Notes under the pieces: generated by a model | What the model was told of the DNA's origin: nothing | Database searches by the model: none | Seen by the model: the letters and a program-made list of their open reading frames with translations, nothing else | Position numbers and translations under genes: made by a program | Shown here: positions 1-8,461 of the stretch, one piece after another | Position numbering within the stretch: the first letter of the stretch is position 1 | Layout: every line of letters begins with the position of its first letter | Assembly (NCBI RefSeq): GCF_000270205.1 | Contig: NC_015913.1 | Span: 870,001-902,000 of the forward strand | Length of the DNA: 32,000 nucleotides | Origin: Candidatus Arthromitus sp. SFB-mouse-Japan | GTDB taxonomy: Bacteria; Bacillota; Clostridia; Clostridiales; Clostridiaceae | Reading direction: 5' to 3'

Positions 1-938
1 CTTTTATTTTTATCGGTATATAAATTATTTAAATCAATATTAATTGATTCTAGTATTTTTTTATATCCTTCTAATTCCTTACATTTATCCTCTATCTTAT
101 TTTCAAATTGTTTTATTTCTGTTCCAGAAAAATAATTTTCCAATTCATTTAATATATCCGCTGTTATTATACTTCCACAAAATCCACATTTTTCACCGAC
201 CTTATGGATGTCAAGTCCATACTTAGCAAAATTAGACTTCTTAGGATCGTTATTTAATTTACTAATAATTTTTTGGGGTTTGACTCTATCTTTTAAAATT
301 TGCTCTACCTCATTTGATATCTGAATAATATTTATAGGTGTTTCGTATATCTCATTAAGATTTTTTTTCTCTAATTTTAAAATATTATTAAACTTATCAA
401 TTTCATATTCAGATAATAGACAATTATTTCCCATATTTTTAATATCATTTTTTATATCATTAATATCATATTTATTTCCTTCATGTATTTTATAGCTGCA
501 ACCTTTTATTTCACTTGCAAAACGTTTTAAAGCATTATCTATATATATTTTTTGTTTTTTAAATTCAGCTATCCTTTCTTCTTTCATACTAAATAAATTT
601 TTCTCATTATTTAAAGGATTGTTTATCTTTTTATTAATTTCTTCAATCTTTTTTTGATTTTCTAGAATTAATGACTCTTTTTTTTCAATTTCTTTATTTA
701 TTTTAGAATTTTCATTACTTAGGGTAATACAATTTAAATTTTCATTTTTACCTATTAAAATATCAAATCCCTGAAAAATGCGAATATCATATTTTTCATT
801 ATTTTCGTATTGTTTTTGTAATAAATTTGTAATGGTTGATTTTCCTGTTCCATTTTTACCATATACAAAATTTACTTTCTTATCAAATTCAATTACATTT
901 TCATTAAATAGATCTTCATTGCTTAAATCTATTTTCAT
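1..938 (-). CDS. AAA_13-family ATPase (the family that contains PrrC/RloC anticodon nucleases). Only the N-terminal 312 codons are present and the C-terminus lies beyond the window start.
   Basis: This ORF is missing from the ORF track because no stop codon falls inside the window. I translated it by hand: ATG at 938-936 preceded by GGGGGTG (944-953), then an open frame to position 1. The N-terminus reads MKIDLSNEDLFNENVIEFDKKVNFVYGKNGTGKSTITNLL, with Walker A GKNGTGKST. About 250 aa of K/E/N-rich, coiled-coil-like sequence follows, containing CGFC (177-188). This resembles the CPFC-type motif of AAA_13 proteins. Confidence 0.6.
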   Translation of the reverse strand, partial: MKIDLSNEDLFNENVIEFDKKVNFVYGKNGTGKSTITNLLQKQYENNEKYDIRIFQGFDILIGKNENLNCITLSNENSKINKEIEKKESLILENQKKIEEINKKINNPLNNEKNLFSMKEERIAEFKKQKIYIDNALKRFASEIKGCSYKIHEGNKYDINDIKNDIKNMGNNCLLSEYEIDKFNNILKLEKKNLNEIYETPINIIQISNEVEQILKDRVKPQKIISKLNNDPKKSNFAKYGLDIHKVGEKCGFCGSIITADILNELENYFSGTEIKQFENKIEDKCKELEGYKKILESINIDLNNLYTDKNK

Positions 939-1140
939 ATTAACTACACCCCCTATTTTTGATAATATTTAATTATCTATAAAATTTCTCAATTAAAATT
1001 ATACAACATCACCTTATAACATGAATTTTGTAAATGCATATGTTTATATGTACTTATTTCTTTATTTTCTTTAAATAAATCAATAGATTTCATAATATAA
1101 TTTAAATACTTCTCGTAAATATCTAAAGATATCCATTTTA

Positions 1141-2202
1141 TTATTTTGATCTTATCTGTAGATTCAATGTAAAGAAAAAATCACCGCTATCCTCGAAAAT
1201 CTCAAGCATATGATATCTAGATGTACTCGGCGAATCGAATTTAGATTTATAATATAAATAATTTTCTAATATTTCATTATGATAAATTTTATCCAATAAA
1301 ACAACTTCTCCTGAGTTTTTAGTCACCATAATTCCACCATTAACTGAATATTTTCCATCCCATTCTTCGGAAGGGAAAAATCCAAAACATATTCCATATA
1401 AAAAATCTATTAACTTTTTTCTTAGAAAAACTTCGTCATTTCCATGATTCGACTTTAAAAACGCTTTTTGTAAATCCTTTTCATTTTCAACATAAGAATA
1501 AAGCAATGCATTGGCTAATAATTTATCCATCGATGAATCTATTAACCTAATATTCCTTTCCAAAGTATTACTAACGATTTTATAAAATTCAATTTTACCT
1601 TCAAGTTCTTTGATCTTATAAATCCTATCTAACAATTTCTTTTTTGTTTTTATACGATTAACTTCTTGCATTTTATCTTTATCAAAACCTTGAACTTTAT
1701 GCATGAAATTCGTATGCTTACTTGCATTCAATAATGTTGCAGGACTTCCAAATTGAGATTTGAGACTATATGTAATATTAACATCCTTACAAATTTTGTT
1801 ATCCTTTACATTTGCACCAAGATCTGCTTTACTTTTAGCTTTACCTTTAATGCTATATCCATCTGTAAAATTTTCAATAAATTCATTTAGTGAGGGAAGC
1901 TTTATTGAACCTCCGTTCAACGGTTTCTTATTAATAAGTGTTTTTAATAAGAATTCTTTCGCTTTTATTACAGCATCCAAAGATACCACACCAATCTTTT
2001 GTGTATTTTTAAATATAATAATTTCATCATCAACTTTTTGATATGTTAAAGATGTTTCTCCTTGAGTAACTAACTTATTTATGAAAAAAATTGCAGAATC
2101 TATTACACATAAATCTGAATCCACTATACTAATATTGTTATTTTCCAATAAATATAATAATGCGTAAAATTCATTCCATTCACCTTTATTTAATCCTAAC
2201 AT
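1141..2202 (-). CDS. Type II restriction endonuclease, tentatively HpaII-family (CCGG).
   Basis: The 353-aa ORF is translationally coupled to the upstream C5-MTase. Its ATG lies inside the MTase 3' end (7-nt overlap) and is preceded by GGAGGAG. The N-terminal NKGEWNEFYALLYLL and the internal SLKSQFGSPATLLNASKHTNF resemble, from memory, HpaII-family endonucleases. I could not verify the family without a search. Confidence 0.6.
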   Translation of the reverse strand: MLGLNKGEWNEFYALLYLLENNNISIVDSDLCVIDSAIFFINKLVTQGETSLTYQKVDDEIIIFKNTQKIGVVSLDAVIKAKEFLLKTLINKKPLNGGSIKLPSLNEFIENFTDGYSIKGKAKSKADLGANVKDNKICKDVNITYSLKSQFGSPATLLNASKHTNFMHKVQGFDKDKMQEVNRIKTKKKLLDRIYKIKELEGKIEFYKIVSNTLERNIRLIDSSMDKLLANALLYSYVENEKDLQKAFLKSNHGNDEVFLRKKLIDFLYGICFGFFPSEEWDGKYSVNGGIMVTKNSGEVVLLDKIYHNEILENYLYYKSKFDSPSTSRYHMLEIFEDSGDFFFTLNLQIRSK

Positions 2203-3089
2203 TGTTCATTCTCCTCCAAAACTTCTATCATTTTTTCTGCACACGCTTGAATCACAGGTATTGCAACTGAATTTCCTAATTGTTTCATTGCAATCGAATC
2301 ACTAATAGGAAATTCAAATTCATCGGGAAATCCTTGCATTCTTTTCCCCTCTTTTGGTTTCAAACGTCTTACTTTACCATCAACTAGATATCCATCCCAA
2401 TTTCTTCTATCATCAATCGGTGAACCTTTACCGCCTACCCTTAGCGTATAACCTATTTTTTTATTCACTTCTGCACCATCAAACACATCACTCATGGTCA
2501 TAGTTAATGGTATAGCTTCTGGAAATTCAAATGTATCTTTAATATCACTACGCATACAAATTATATAAATTCTTGGACGATGCTGTGGTAATCCAAAATC
2601 GCTAGCTTTAATTATTTTATAGTTTACAGTATAACACAATTCACGTAAGGTATTTTCAATGACATTAAACGTTCTTCCATTATCATGTTTTAACAAACCT
2701 CTAACGTTTTCTAAGAAAACTGCTTTTGGTTTTTTAGCCCGAATAATATCCGCAACATTAAAAAATAAAGTTCCTCTTATATCTTCAAATCCTAATTTAT
2801 ATCCAGCTTGAGAAAAAGGTTGGCAAGGAAAACCTGCACAAAGTACATCATGATTAGGTATTAAATTAACATCTACCTTTGTTATATCTTCAGCAAATAA
2901 TTTTAAATCGCTATCATTTTTTTTAAAAATACTGGGAGATATTCTATCAAAGTTTTTTCTATAAGTCTTTCTACAATTAGAATCCCATTCTGATGCGAAT
3001 ACACATTTTCCGCCGATATTATGCATAGCAATATGAAAACCACCTATTCCAGCAAATAAATCTATAAATGTAAATCTATTATTTCCCAT
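2196..3089 (-). CDS. DNA (cytosine-5)-methyltransferase.
   Basis: All canonical m5C motifs are present: I FIDLFAGIGGF, IV GFPCQPFS, VI ENV, VIII QHRPRIYII, IX RRLKPKEGKRMQGFP, X QLGNSVAIPV. The N- and C-terminal blocks resemble M.HpaII/M.HhaI-type enzymes. At 297 aa it has a short variable (TRD) region. Confidence 0.95.
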   Translation of the reverse strand: MGNNRFTFIDLFAGIGGFHIAMHNIGGKCVFASEWDSNCRKTYRKNFDRISPSIFKKNDSDLKLFAEDITKVDVNLIPNHDVLCAGFPCQPFSQAGYKLGFEDIRGTLFFNVADIIRAKKPKAVFLENVRGLLKHDNGRTFNVIENTLRELCYTVNYKIIKASDFGLPQHRPRIYIICMRSDIKDTFEFPEAIPLTMTMSDVFDGAEVNKKIGYTLRVGGKGSPIDDRRNWDGYLVDGKVRRLKPKEGKRMQGFPDEFEFPISDSIAMKQLGNSVAIPVIQACAEKMIEVLEENEQC

Positions 3090-3200
3090 ATTAAAACTCT
3101 CCTTAAATATTTCATTCTCCTAACTACTACTTGAGCAATTACAGCTTAAATATCCTAATATACTTTTTTACAATTTATAAATTTAACAAAACTATTAAAA

Positions 3201-3428
3201 TTATTTAAACTTTGATTTATATTCATTAATTTTAACATATTCTACAATATCAGAAATATCACATTTCAAAACATCGTATATTCTCAGCAATACATTTGTA
3301 GTAATATTTTCACTATTTTTCATTTTATAGAGTGTACTCTTACTAATTTTCGATTTTTCCATAATTTCTGTATTTGTCATATCTATCAACATTTTAAATA
3401 AGTTCTCATAGCTTAATTTTAAAATCAA
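3201..3428 (-). CDS. Small XRE/Cro-C1-type helix-turn-helix protein. It is a possible controller of the downstream R-M genes.
   Basis: The 75-aa sequence MTNTEIMEKSKISKSTLYKMKNSENITTNVLLRIYDVLKCDISDIVEY fits the HTH_26/HTH_3 pattern. It is on the same strand as, and directly upstream of, the MTase-REase pair. The start is a TTG with a poor SD, so the exact start is uncertain. Confidence 0.65.
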   Translation of the reverse strand: MILKLSYENLFKMLIDMTNTEIMEKSKISKSTLYKMKNSENITTNVLLRIYDVLKCDISDIVEYVKINEYKSKFK

Positions 3429-3458
3429 TTTCCATTCATTTCTATTTTAAAATTCCCC

Positions 3459-3478
3459 ATATTATTGTAACATAATAT
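3459..3478. promoter_or_regulatory. Candidate operator: 7-bp inverted repeat ATATTAT-N6-ATAATAT upstream of the HTH gene.
   Basis: The perfect dyad was read directly from the sequence. On the minus strand it overlaps an extended -10-like TGTTACAAT. A purely AT dyad can arise by chance in a genome this AT-rich. Confidence 0.25.
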
Positions 3479-3518
3479 ATTAACTTTTATGGCATAATAT
3501 CGATACAAAAAAATAATC

Positions 3519-3641
3519 TCACATTCTTAAAACATAAATTTTAAAGTCCCATTCATCAACACTTCCTCTTAACTCATCAGCTATACTCCATATTGCTATA
3601 TGTAATTCATCTCTCTCTTGTTCCTTCTTATTATCCGCCAT
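3519..3641 (-). pseudogene. hsdM: Remnant of a type I restriction-modification methyltransferase subunit (hsdM). Only the N-terminal 40 codons remain.
   Basis: Hand translation gives MADNKKEQERDELHIAIWSIADELRGSVDEWDFKIYVLRM*. The block LH..IW.IA..LRGSVD.WDFK.YVL matches the conserved HsdM N-terminal domain, which normally continues for about 450 more residues. Here a stop follows immediately and unrelated sequence begins. Confidence 0.6.
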
Positions 3642-3710
3642 TTTATCAACCCCATTTACATTTCAAATTCAAAACCATTATAATATATCATTGATTTTTA
3701 TTGTAGGTAT

Positions 3711-3746
3711 AAAAACGAAAAAAGACAATTAAAACTAATTGTCTTT
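3711..3746 (-). terminator. Rho-independent terminator after the small membrane protein gene.
   Basis: A perfect 10-bp stem aaagacaatt/aattgtcttt with a 6-nt loop is followed on the minus strand by TTTCGTTTTT. Confidence 0.55.
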
Positions 3747-3757
3747 AAGGATGTATC

Positions 3758-3955
3758 TTATTTTTTTAAAAGTGTTAGGATTCCTTGAATAGTCAATCCA
3801 ATAATTAGAAAAACTATTACACCTATTAAAATAGCCCATAACCAATCTGAGCGTCCATTTCCATTTTTTCCAATAATAACTGTTACCAATACCCCAACAA
3901 ATAGAGAAGCACCCCAAAAAGCTCCAATAGATGAATCAACTTTACCTGGATACAT
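3758..3955 (-). CDS. Small hydrophobic membrane protein (about 2 TM segments), function unknown.
   Basis: The 65-aa ORF has a good SD (GGAGTG, 7 nt before the ATG). It contains two hydrophobic stretches, GAFWGASLFVGVLVTVIIG and WLWAILIGVIVFLIIGLTIQGIL. I preferred it over the overlapping ORF at 3735..3917. Confidence 0.5.
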   Translation of the reverse strand: MYPGKVDSSIGAFWGASLFVGVLVTVIIGKNGNGRSDWLWAILIGVIVFLIIGLTIQGILTLLKK

Positions 3956-4070
3956 TTACTTACACTCCATTTCACTTAAGATTATCAAATTACAATTATA
4001 GTAATTATAAAAAATAATTATTAATCTGTAAATAAGAACTCTGCATAACTTAAAATTCATTCTATAATAC

Positions 4071-4107
4071 AAAAAAATTAAGCACTTACATAAATGTAAA
4101 TGCTTAA
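4071..4107 (-). terminator. Rho-independent terminator after spoIVA.
   Basis: A 13-bp stem (one mismatch) ttaagcacttaca/tgtaaatgcttaa is followed on the minus strand by T7. Confidence 0.6.
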
Positions 4108-4123
4108 TTTTATAATATGTTAA

Positions 4124-5605
4124 TTAAAGAATTATACAAATCAAACCGCCACTGCCTTCATTAACAATCTTCTGTAATGTCTTTTGAATTTTAGCTTGAA
4201 CATCATCGGGCATTTTATATAATTTATTTTGAAGTCCCTCTTTAACTAATACCTCCAAGCTCTTTCCAAACATATTTGATTGCCACATACTAGATGGATC
4301 ATTCTCAAATTGTTCGAGTAAGGACTTAACAAGTTCTTCAGTTTCTCTTTCTGTACCCATTATAGGAGATATTTCAGTTTGAATATCAGCTTTAATTAAA
4401 TGTAGAGATGGTGCAGATGCTTTTAATTTTACTCCATAACGAGCACCCTGTCTTATAATTTCAGGTTCTTCAAATCTCATTTCAGATAATTGAGGTGCAA
4501 CCAAACCATATCCAGTTTCTCTAACATCATTCAAAGCTTGTTCAACTTTACTATATTCAACCTTAGCTTTGTATAAATCTTTTATAAATTCTAATAAATG
4601 TCCTTCATCTTGAATTTCTTGTTCACATATTTCACTTAATATTCTATAAAATATATTACTGTGAACATTGAATTTAACTCTAGATTTACCATTTCCAAGA
4701 CTAGTTTCTATTATGTCTATTCCACTTATAAATTCATCTCTTTCTGTTATATAATCAGCAATTTTTTTAACGTCACTTATTTTATTGATATCTTGACTCA
4801 TGTCTTTTATTAAAGATATGAAGTTTTCTTTTAACCAATGTTTAGGGTCAAGTCCATTTATCCAAGTTGGTAAATCAATATGAAGTTCTTTAACTGGAAA
4901 TTCTGTCAATACTCTCTTAAATAACTTTTCTATATCTTCCTCAGTCATTTTAGCAATATCTATTGCTACAACTGGAACATCATATTTTTCTTCAAGATCT
5001 AATTTTAATTCTTGAGTTTCAAATGTATTAGGATGTTTTGTATTTAAAATTACTACAAAAGGTTTATTTATACTTTTAAGATCGAGTATGACTCTTTCTT
5101 CAGCATCAACATAACTTTCTCTATCTATTCCTGTAAATGAACCATCTGTAGTAACAACTACTCCAACAGTTGAATGATCTGTTATAACCTTCCTTGTACC
5201 AATCTCAGCAGCTTCTTCAAAAGCAATTTCTTCATCAAACCAAGGTGTTTTAACCATTTTAGGAGCATCTCCTTCTAAATGCCCTAATGCTTCATCGACT
5301 ATGTATCCAACACAATCAACTAATCTAACTTTTAACTTTAAATTCTCATTAAAGCTAATCTCGATCGCTTCATTAGGTATAAACTTTGGTTCAGTTGTAT
5401 GAATGCTCTTTCCTGATCCACTTTGAGGCAATTCATCTCTTGCTCTCTCTTTTTTGAATGAATTCTCAATACGAGGAATCACCATTTTATCCATAAAAGT
5501 TTTTATAAAAGTTGATTTACCTGTTCTAACTGGCCCAACAACTCCTATATAGATATCACCTTGTGTTCTTTTTGCTATGTCTTCATATATATTTAAGTTT
5601 TCCAA
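4124..5605 (-). CDS. spoIVA: Stage IV sporulation protein A (spore coat morphogenetic ATPase).
   Basis: NIYEDIAKRTQGDIYIGVVGPVRTGKSTFIK...ELPQSGSGKSIHTTEPKFIPNEA is near-collinear with Bacillus SpoIVA. The ORF-track GVG start at 5620 overlaps the SD GGAGG itself. I place the start at TTG 5605, 8 nt after GGAGG, giving MENLNIYEDIA. Confidence 0.95.
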   Translation of the reverse strand: MENLNIYEDIAKRTQGDIYIGVVGPVRTGKSTFIKTFMDKMVIPRIENSFKKERARDELPQSGSGKSIHTTEPKFIPNEAIEISFNENLKLKVRLVDCVGYIVDEALGHLEGDAPKMVKTPWFDEEIAFEEAAEIGTRKVITDHSTVGVVVTTDGSFTGIDRESYVDAEERVILDLKSINKPFVVILNTKHPNTFETQELKLDLEEKYDVPVVAIDIAKMTEEDIEKLFKRVLTEFPVKELHIDLPTWINGLDPKHWLKENFISLIKDMSQDINKISDVKKIADYITERDEFISGIDIIETSLGNGKSRVKFNVHSNIFYRILSEICEQEIQDEGHLLEFIKDLYKAKVEYSKVEQALNDVRETGYGLVAPQLSEMRFEEPEIIRQGARYGVKLKASAPSLHLIKADIQTEISPIMGTERETEELVKSLLEQFENDPSSMWQSNMFGKSLEVLVKEGLQNKLYKMPDDVQAKIQKTLQKIVNEGSGGLICIIL

Positions 5606-5688
5606 TCTAAGTACCTCCACAAATTAACTTAATCTATTAAATATATATTTTCTTTTTTTCACTTTATTCCACTTAGTGTTAATTAATC

Positions 5689-5734
5689 TAAAAAACAAAA
5701 ATAGAACACTACTAAAATTTAGTAGTATTCTATT
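5689..5734 (-). terminator. Rho-independent terminator after gpsA.
   Basis: A 15-bp stem (5700-5714 / 5720-5734) has one position that pairs as G-U only on the minus-strand RNA. It is followed by TTTTGTTTTTT. Confidence 0.6.
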
Positions 5735-5765
5735 TAAAGATTTTTAATTATAGTAAAACTAAAAT

Positions 5766-6764
5766 TTATATCTTAAATTTTTCATCTTTTTTATCCCTAG
5801 ACATTAAAGTTGTTTCAATGTATCGTAAATCCTTATTATTGAATAAGACTTCATAAATTGATTCTATTATAGGAACTTCAATATTTTTTTCTTTAGCGAT
5901 ATTGTAAAATATTTTGCAAGCTGTTATACCTTCAACAACCATACCTATCTCTTTAATAGCTTCATCAAGTTTCATTCCTTGACCAATGAGAAGACCACAT
6001 CTTCTATTTCTACTGTGATTACTTAAACAAGTAACAATTAAATCACCGATTCCTGTTAAACCAAAAAATGTTTCTAATTTCCCTCCCATTACAATACCCA
6101 TTTTTATAAGATCGTTTAGTGATCTTGTAATAATTGCTGCACTTGAATTATCTCCATATCCCATACCATTAATAATACCTATGGCTAAAGCAATGATATT
6201 TTTCATTGCACCACCTATTTCAACACCAATAATATCAGAATTTGTGTAAATTCTTAAAACATCATTGGATAACATATCTCTAATTAAAATTGCCTTATCC
6301 ATATTTTTTGAAGTAGCAACAAGTGCAGTAGGTTGTTTTGTAGCAACTTCTTCTGCATGACTTGGTCCAGACAAAACAACAATTGGATTATTTGGGAATT
6401 CTTCTTCCAAAACTTCTGACAGTCTTTTATATGTAGTTAATTCTATTCCTTTAGATAAACAAACCATAATACTATTTGATTTCAATTTACTATGTATTTT
6501 TCTAGATATTTCTCTTATGGCTTGTGATGGTACTGAAAGAAAAATTATATCACTATCATAAATAGCTTCATCAATATCATTAGTAGCCATAACTTTTTCA
6601 GGAATGGTAATATTTTTTAAATATTTTATATTTCTTTTATCACGGTTAATACCAAGAACAACATCGGCATTTCTATCATACATTTTTATATTAAAATTAT
6701 ATTGTGAAAAAATTACAGCAAGTGCTGTTCCAAAACTCCCACTTCCTAAAAATGTTAAATTCAT
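5766..6764 (-). CDS. gpsA: NAD(P)H-dependent glycerol-3-phosphate dehydrogenase.
   Basis: It has an N-terminal Rossmann motif [12 protein letters not shown] and typical GpsA blocks ([28 protein letters not shown]). Its ATG overlaps the der stop as ATGA. Confidence 0.95.
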   Translation of the reverse strand: MNLTFLGSGSFGTALAVIFSQYNFNIKMYDRNADVVLGINRDKRNIKYLKNITIPEKVMATNDIDEAIYDSDIIFLSVPSQAIREISRKIHSKLKSNSIMVCLSKGIELTTYKRLSEVLEEEFPNNPIVVLSGPSHAEEVATKQPTALVATSKNMDKAILIRDMLSNDVLRIYTNSDIIGVEIGGAMKNIIALAIGIINGMGYGDNSSAAIITRSLNDLIKMGIVMGGKLETFFGLTGIGDLIVTCLSNHSRNRRCGLLIGQGMKLDEAIKEIGMVVEGITACKIFYNIAKEKNIEVPIIESIYEVLFNNKDLRYIETTLMSRDKKDEKFKI

Positions 6765-8083
6765 TTCCTTTCTTTCCTCTCCTTATATTGTATTTCTATA
6801 CCTGTTCCTTCAAAATCAAAACTCTCTCTTATCTGGTTATTTAAATATCTTATGTATGAAAAGTGTAAAGTACTTTCATCATTTATAAAAAATATAAATT
6901 TAGGTGGCTTAACATCAACTTGAGTGCAATAATATATTTTTAACCTTTTAAGTCCAACTATTGGAGGCTCTTTTATCATCGTAGCTCTTCCTATAATTTC
7001 ATTTAAAATTCCAGTTGGAACCCTTCTTGAATAATTTTCATAACATTTTTTTGAAATTTTTAAAACTTGATGAATTCTTTGTCCTGTCAATGCAGATATA
7101 AATAAATACGGAGCATATGTAACAAAATTCAATTGATTTTGTATTTTATTTTTGAACTCATTATAAGTTCTATTATTTTTTTCAACAACATCCCATTTAT
7201 TTACAACTATAACTATAGCTTTATTTCTTTCATGAGCATAACCAAGTATTTTTTCATCTTGCTCAGTCACTCCTTGAGTTGCGTCAATCATAAGGAGACA
7301 AACATCACATCTATCAATACTATAAAGACTACGAATAACACTATAATGTTCAACATTTTCTTTTATTTTAGCCTTCTTTCTAATACCTGCTGTATCAATC
7401 AAAGTAAATTTACCAACTTCATTTTCAAAATATGTATCAATAGAATCTCTAGTAGTTCCTGCAATATCACTTACTATTGACCTATTATATCCTAATAATT
7501 TATTTATTAATGAAGACTTTCCAACATTAGGCTTGCCAACAAAAGCGATTTTAATTATATCATCCTCACTATCTTCAAAATCACTATCTTCAAAATGTTT
7601 AACAACTTCATCAAGCATATCACCAAGTCCTAAAGCCTGACTTGAAGATATAGAACAAGGCTCACCTAGACCAAATTCATAAAATTCATACAAATTCATC
7701 TCGTCTTTTTTAGAATCAATTTTATTTACAACAAGTACAATAGGTTTCTTACTTTTACGAAGTATACGAGCAACTTCTCTATCTCCATCTACAAGACCAG
7801 TTTTACCATCAACAATAAACAAAATTACATCAGCAGTTTCTATCGCAAGCTCCGTTTGAATTCTCATATTTTTAAACATATCATCATTAGTTTTAAATTC
7901 AATACCACCAGTATCAATCATTATAAATTTATATTTAAGCCATTCTGCATCTCTATAAATTCTATCTCTAGTAACACCAGGAGAATCATCAACTATAGAA
8001 ACTCTATCTCCAACAATTCTATTAAATAATGTAGACTTTCCTACATTAGGACGACCAACAATTGCAACAATCGGTTTTTTCAT
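6761..8083 (-). CDS. der: Ribosome-biogenesis GTPase Der (EngA), with tandem GTPase domains.
   Basis: It has two G domains, [12 protein letters not shown]...DTGG...NKID and [12 protein letters not shown]...DTAG...NKWD, plus a KH-like C-terminus. I moved the start from 8125 to ATG 8083, which gives [10 protein letters not shown] and is preceded by GGAGGA. Confidence 0.95.
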   Translation of the reverse strand: MKKPIVAIVGRPNVGKSTLFNRIVGDRVSIVDDSPGVTRDRIYRDAEWLKYKFIMIDTGGIEFKTNDDMFKNMRIQTELAIETADVILFIVDGKTGLVDGDREVARILRKSKKPIVLVVNKIDSKKDEMNLYEFYEFGLGEPCSISSSQALGLGDMLDEVVKHFEDSDFEDSEDDIIKIAFVGKPNVGKSSLINKLLGYNRSIVSDIAGTTRDSIDTYFENEVGKFTLIDTAGIRKKAKIKENVEHYSVIRSLYSIDRCDVCLLMIDATQGVTEQDEKILGYAHERNKAIVIVVNKWDVVEKNNRTYNEFKNKIQNQLNFVTYAPYLFISALTGQRIHQVLKISKKCYENYSRRVPTGILNEIIGRATMIKEPPIVGLKRLKIYYCTQVDVKPPKFIFFINDESTLHFSYIRYLNNQIRESFDFEGTGIEIQYKERKERK

Positions 8084-8418
8084 TTTATATTCCTCCAACA
8101 TATTTATAAATAAAATATGTTTCACATTTAAATTCTTAAATTATCAATTTTATAAATTCATTTACATTATAACACAATTATCAATTACATCACTCTCAGA
8201 TGTTAAAATATCTCAGTTAAAAATAATATCAAATGTACTGTTGTTAATATGCTTACCTACTGTAAACTTCCATAAATTTGTACACTCAATAGGTGACTAC
8301 GTAAGCTCTCCTGTTTTTCATCATACCTAACCCTATAAATCAAATTTTTACACTCTAATTATTTCACACTATAGGATAAAAAGAACAAAAAATTTATGAA
8401 AATATTTCAAATAACAAT

Positions 8419-8448
8419 AAAAAAGGTACAGTAATTAAACACTGTACC
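8419..8448 (-). terminator. Rho-independent terminator after the M28 peptidase gene.
   Basis: An 8-bp stem ggtacagt/actgtacc with an 8-nt loop is followed on the minus strand by T6. Confidence 0.55.
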
Positions 8449-8461
8449 AAACATTAACCAA

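Noticed and set aside
989-1140. An open frame lies in the gap between the REase and the AAA_13 gene (IKWISLDIYEKYLNYIMKSIDLFKENKEISTYKHMHLQNSCYKVMLYNFN*). I considered it as a possible hsdS C-terminal remnant or a small gene.
   Set aside because: The internal ATG (1093) has no SD, and I saw no recognisable HsdS conserved-region pattern. I cannot distinguish it from a chance open frame, though it is worth including in a tblastn of the junction.
3735-3917. An alternative 60-aa ORF overlaps the small membrane protein gene in another frame.
   Set aside because: The 3758..3955 frame has a good SD and two clean hydrophobic helices. This frame has neither.
8084-8418. A 335-nt ORF-free region lies upstream of der. 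I examined it for a riboswitch, sRNA or leader peptide.
   Set aside because: I found only an extended -10-like TGTTATAAT and a mirror (not inverted) repeat, ctcagat...atctcag. There was no convincing stem-loop series or conserved riboswitch core that I can recognise by eye.
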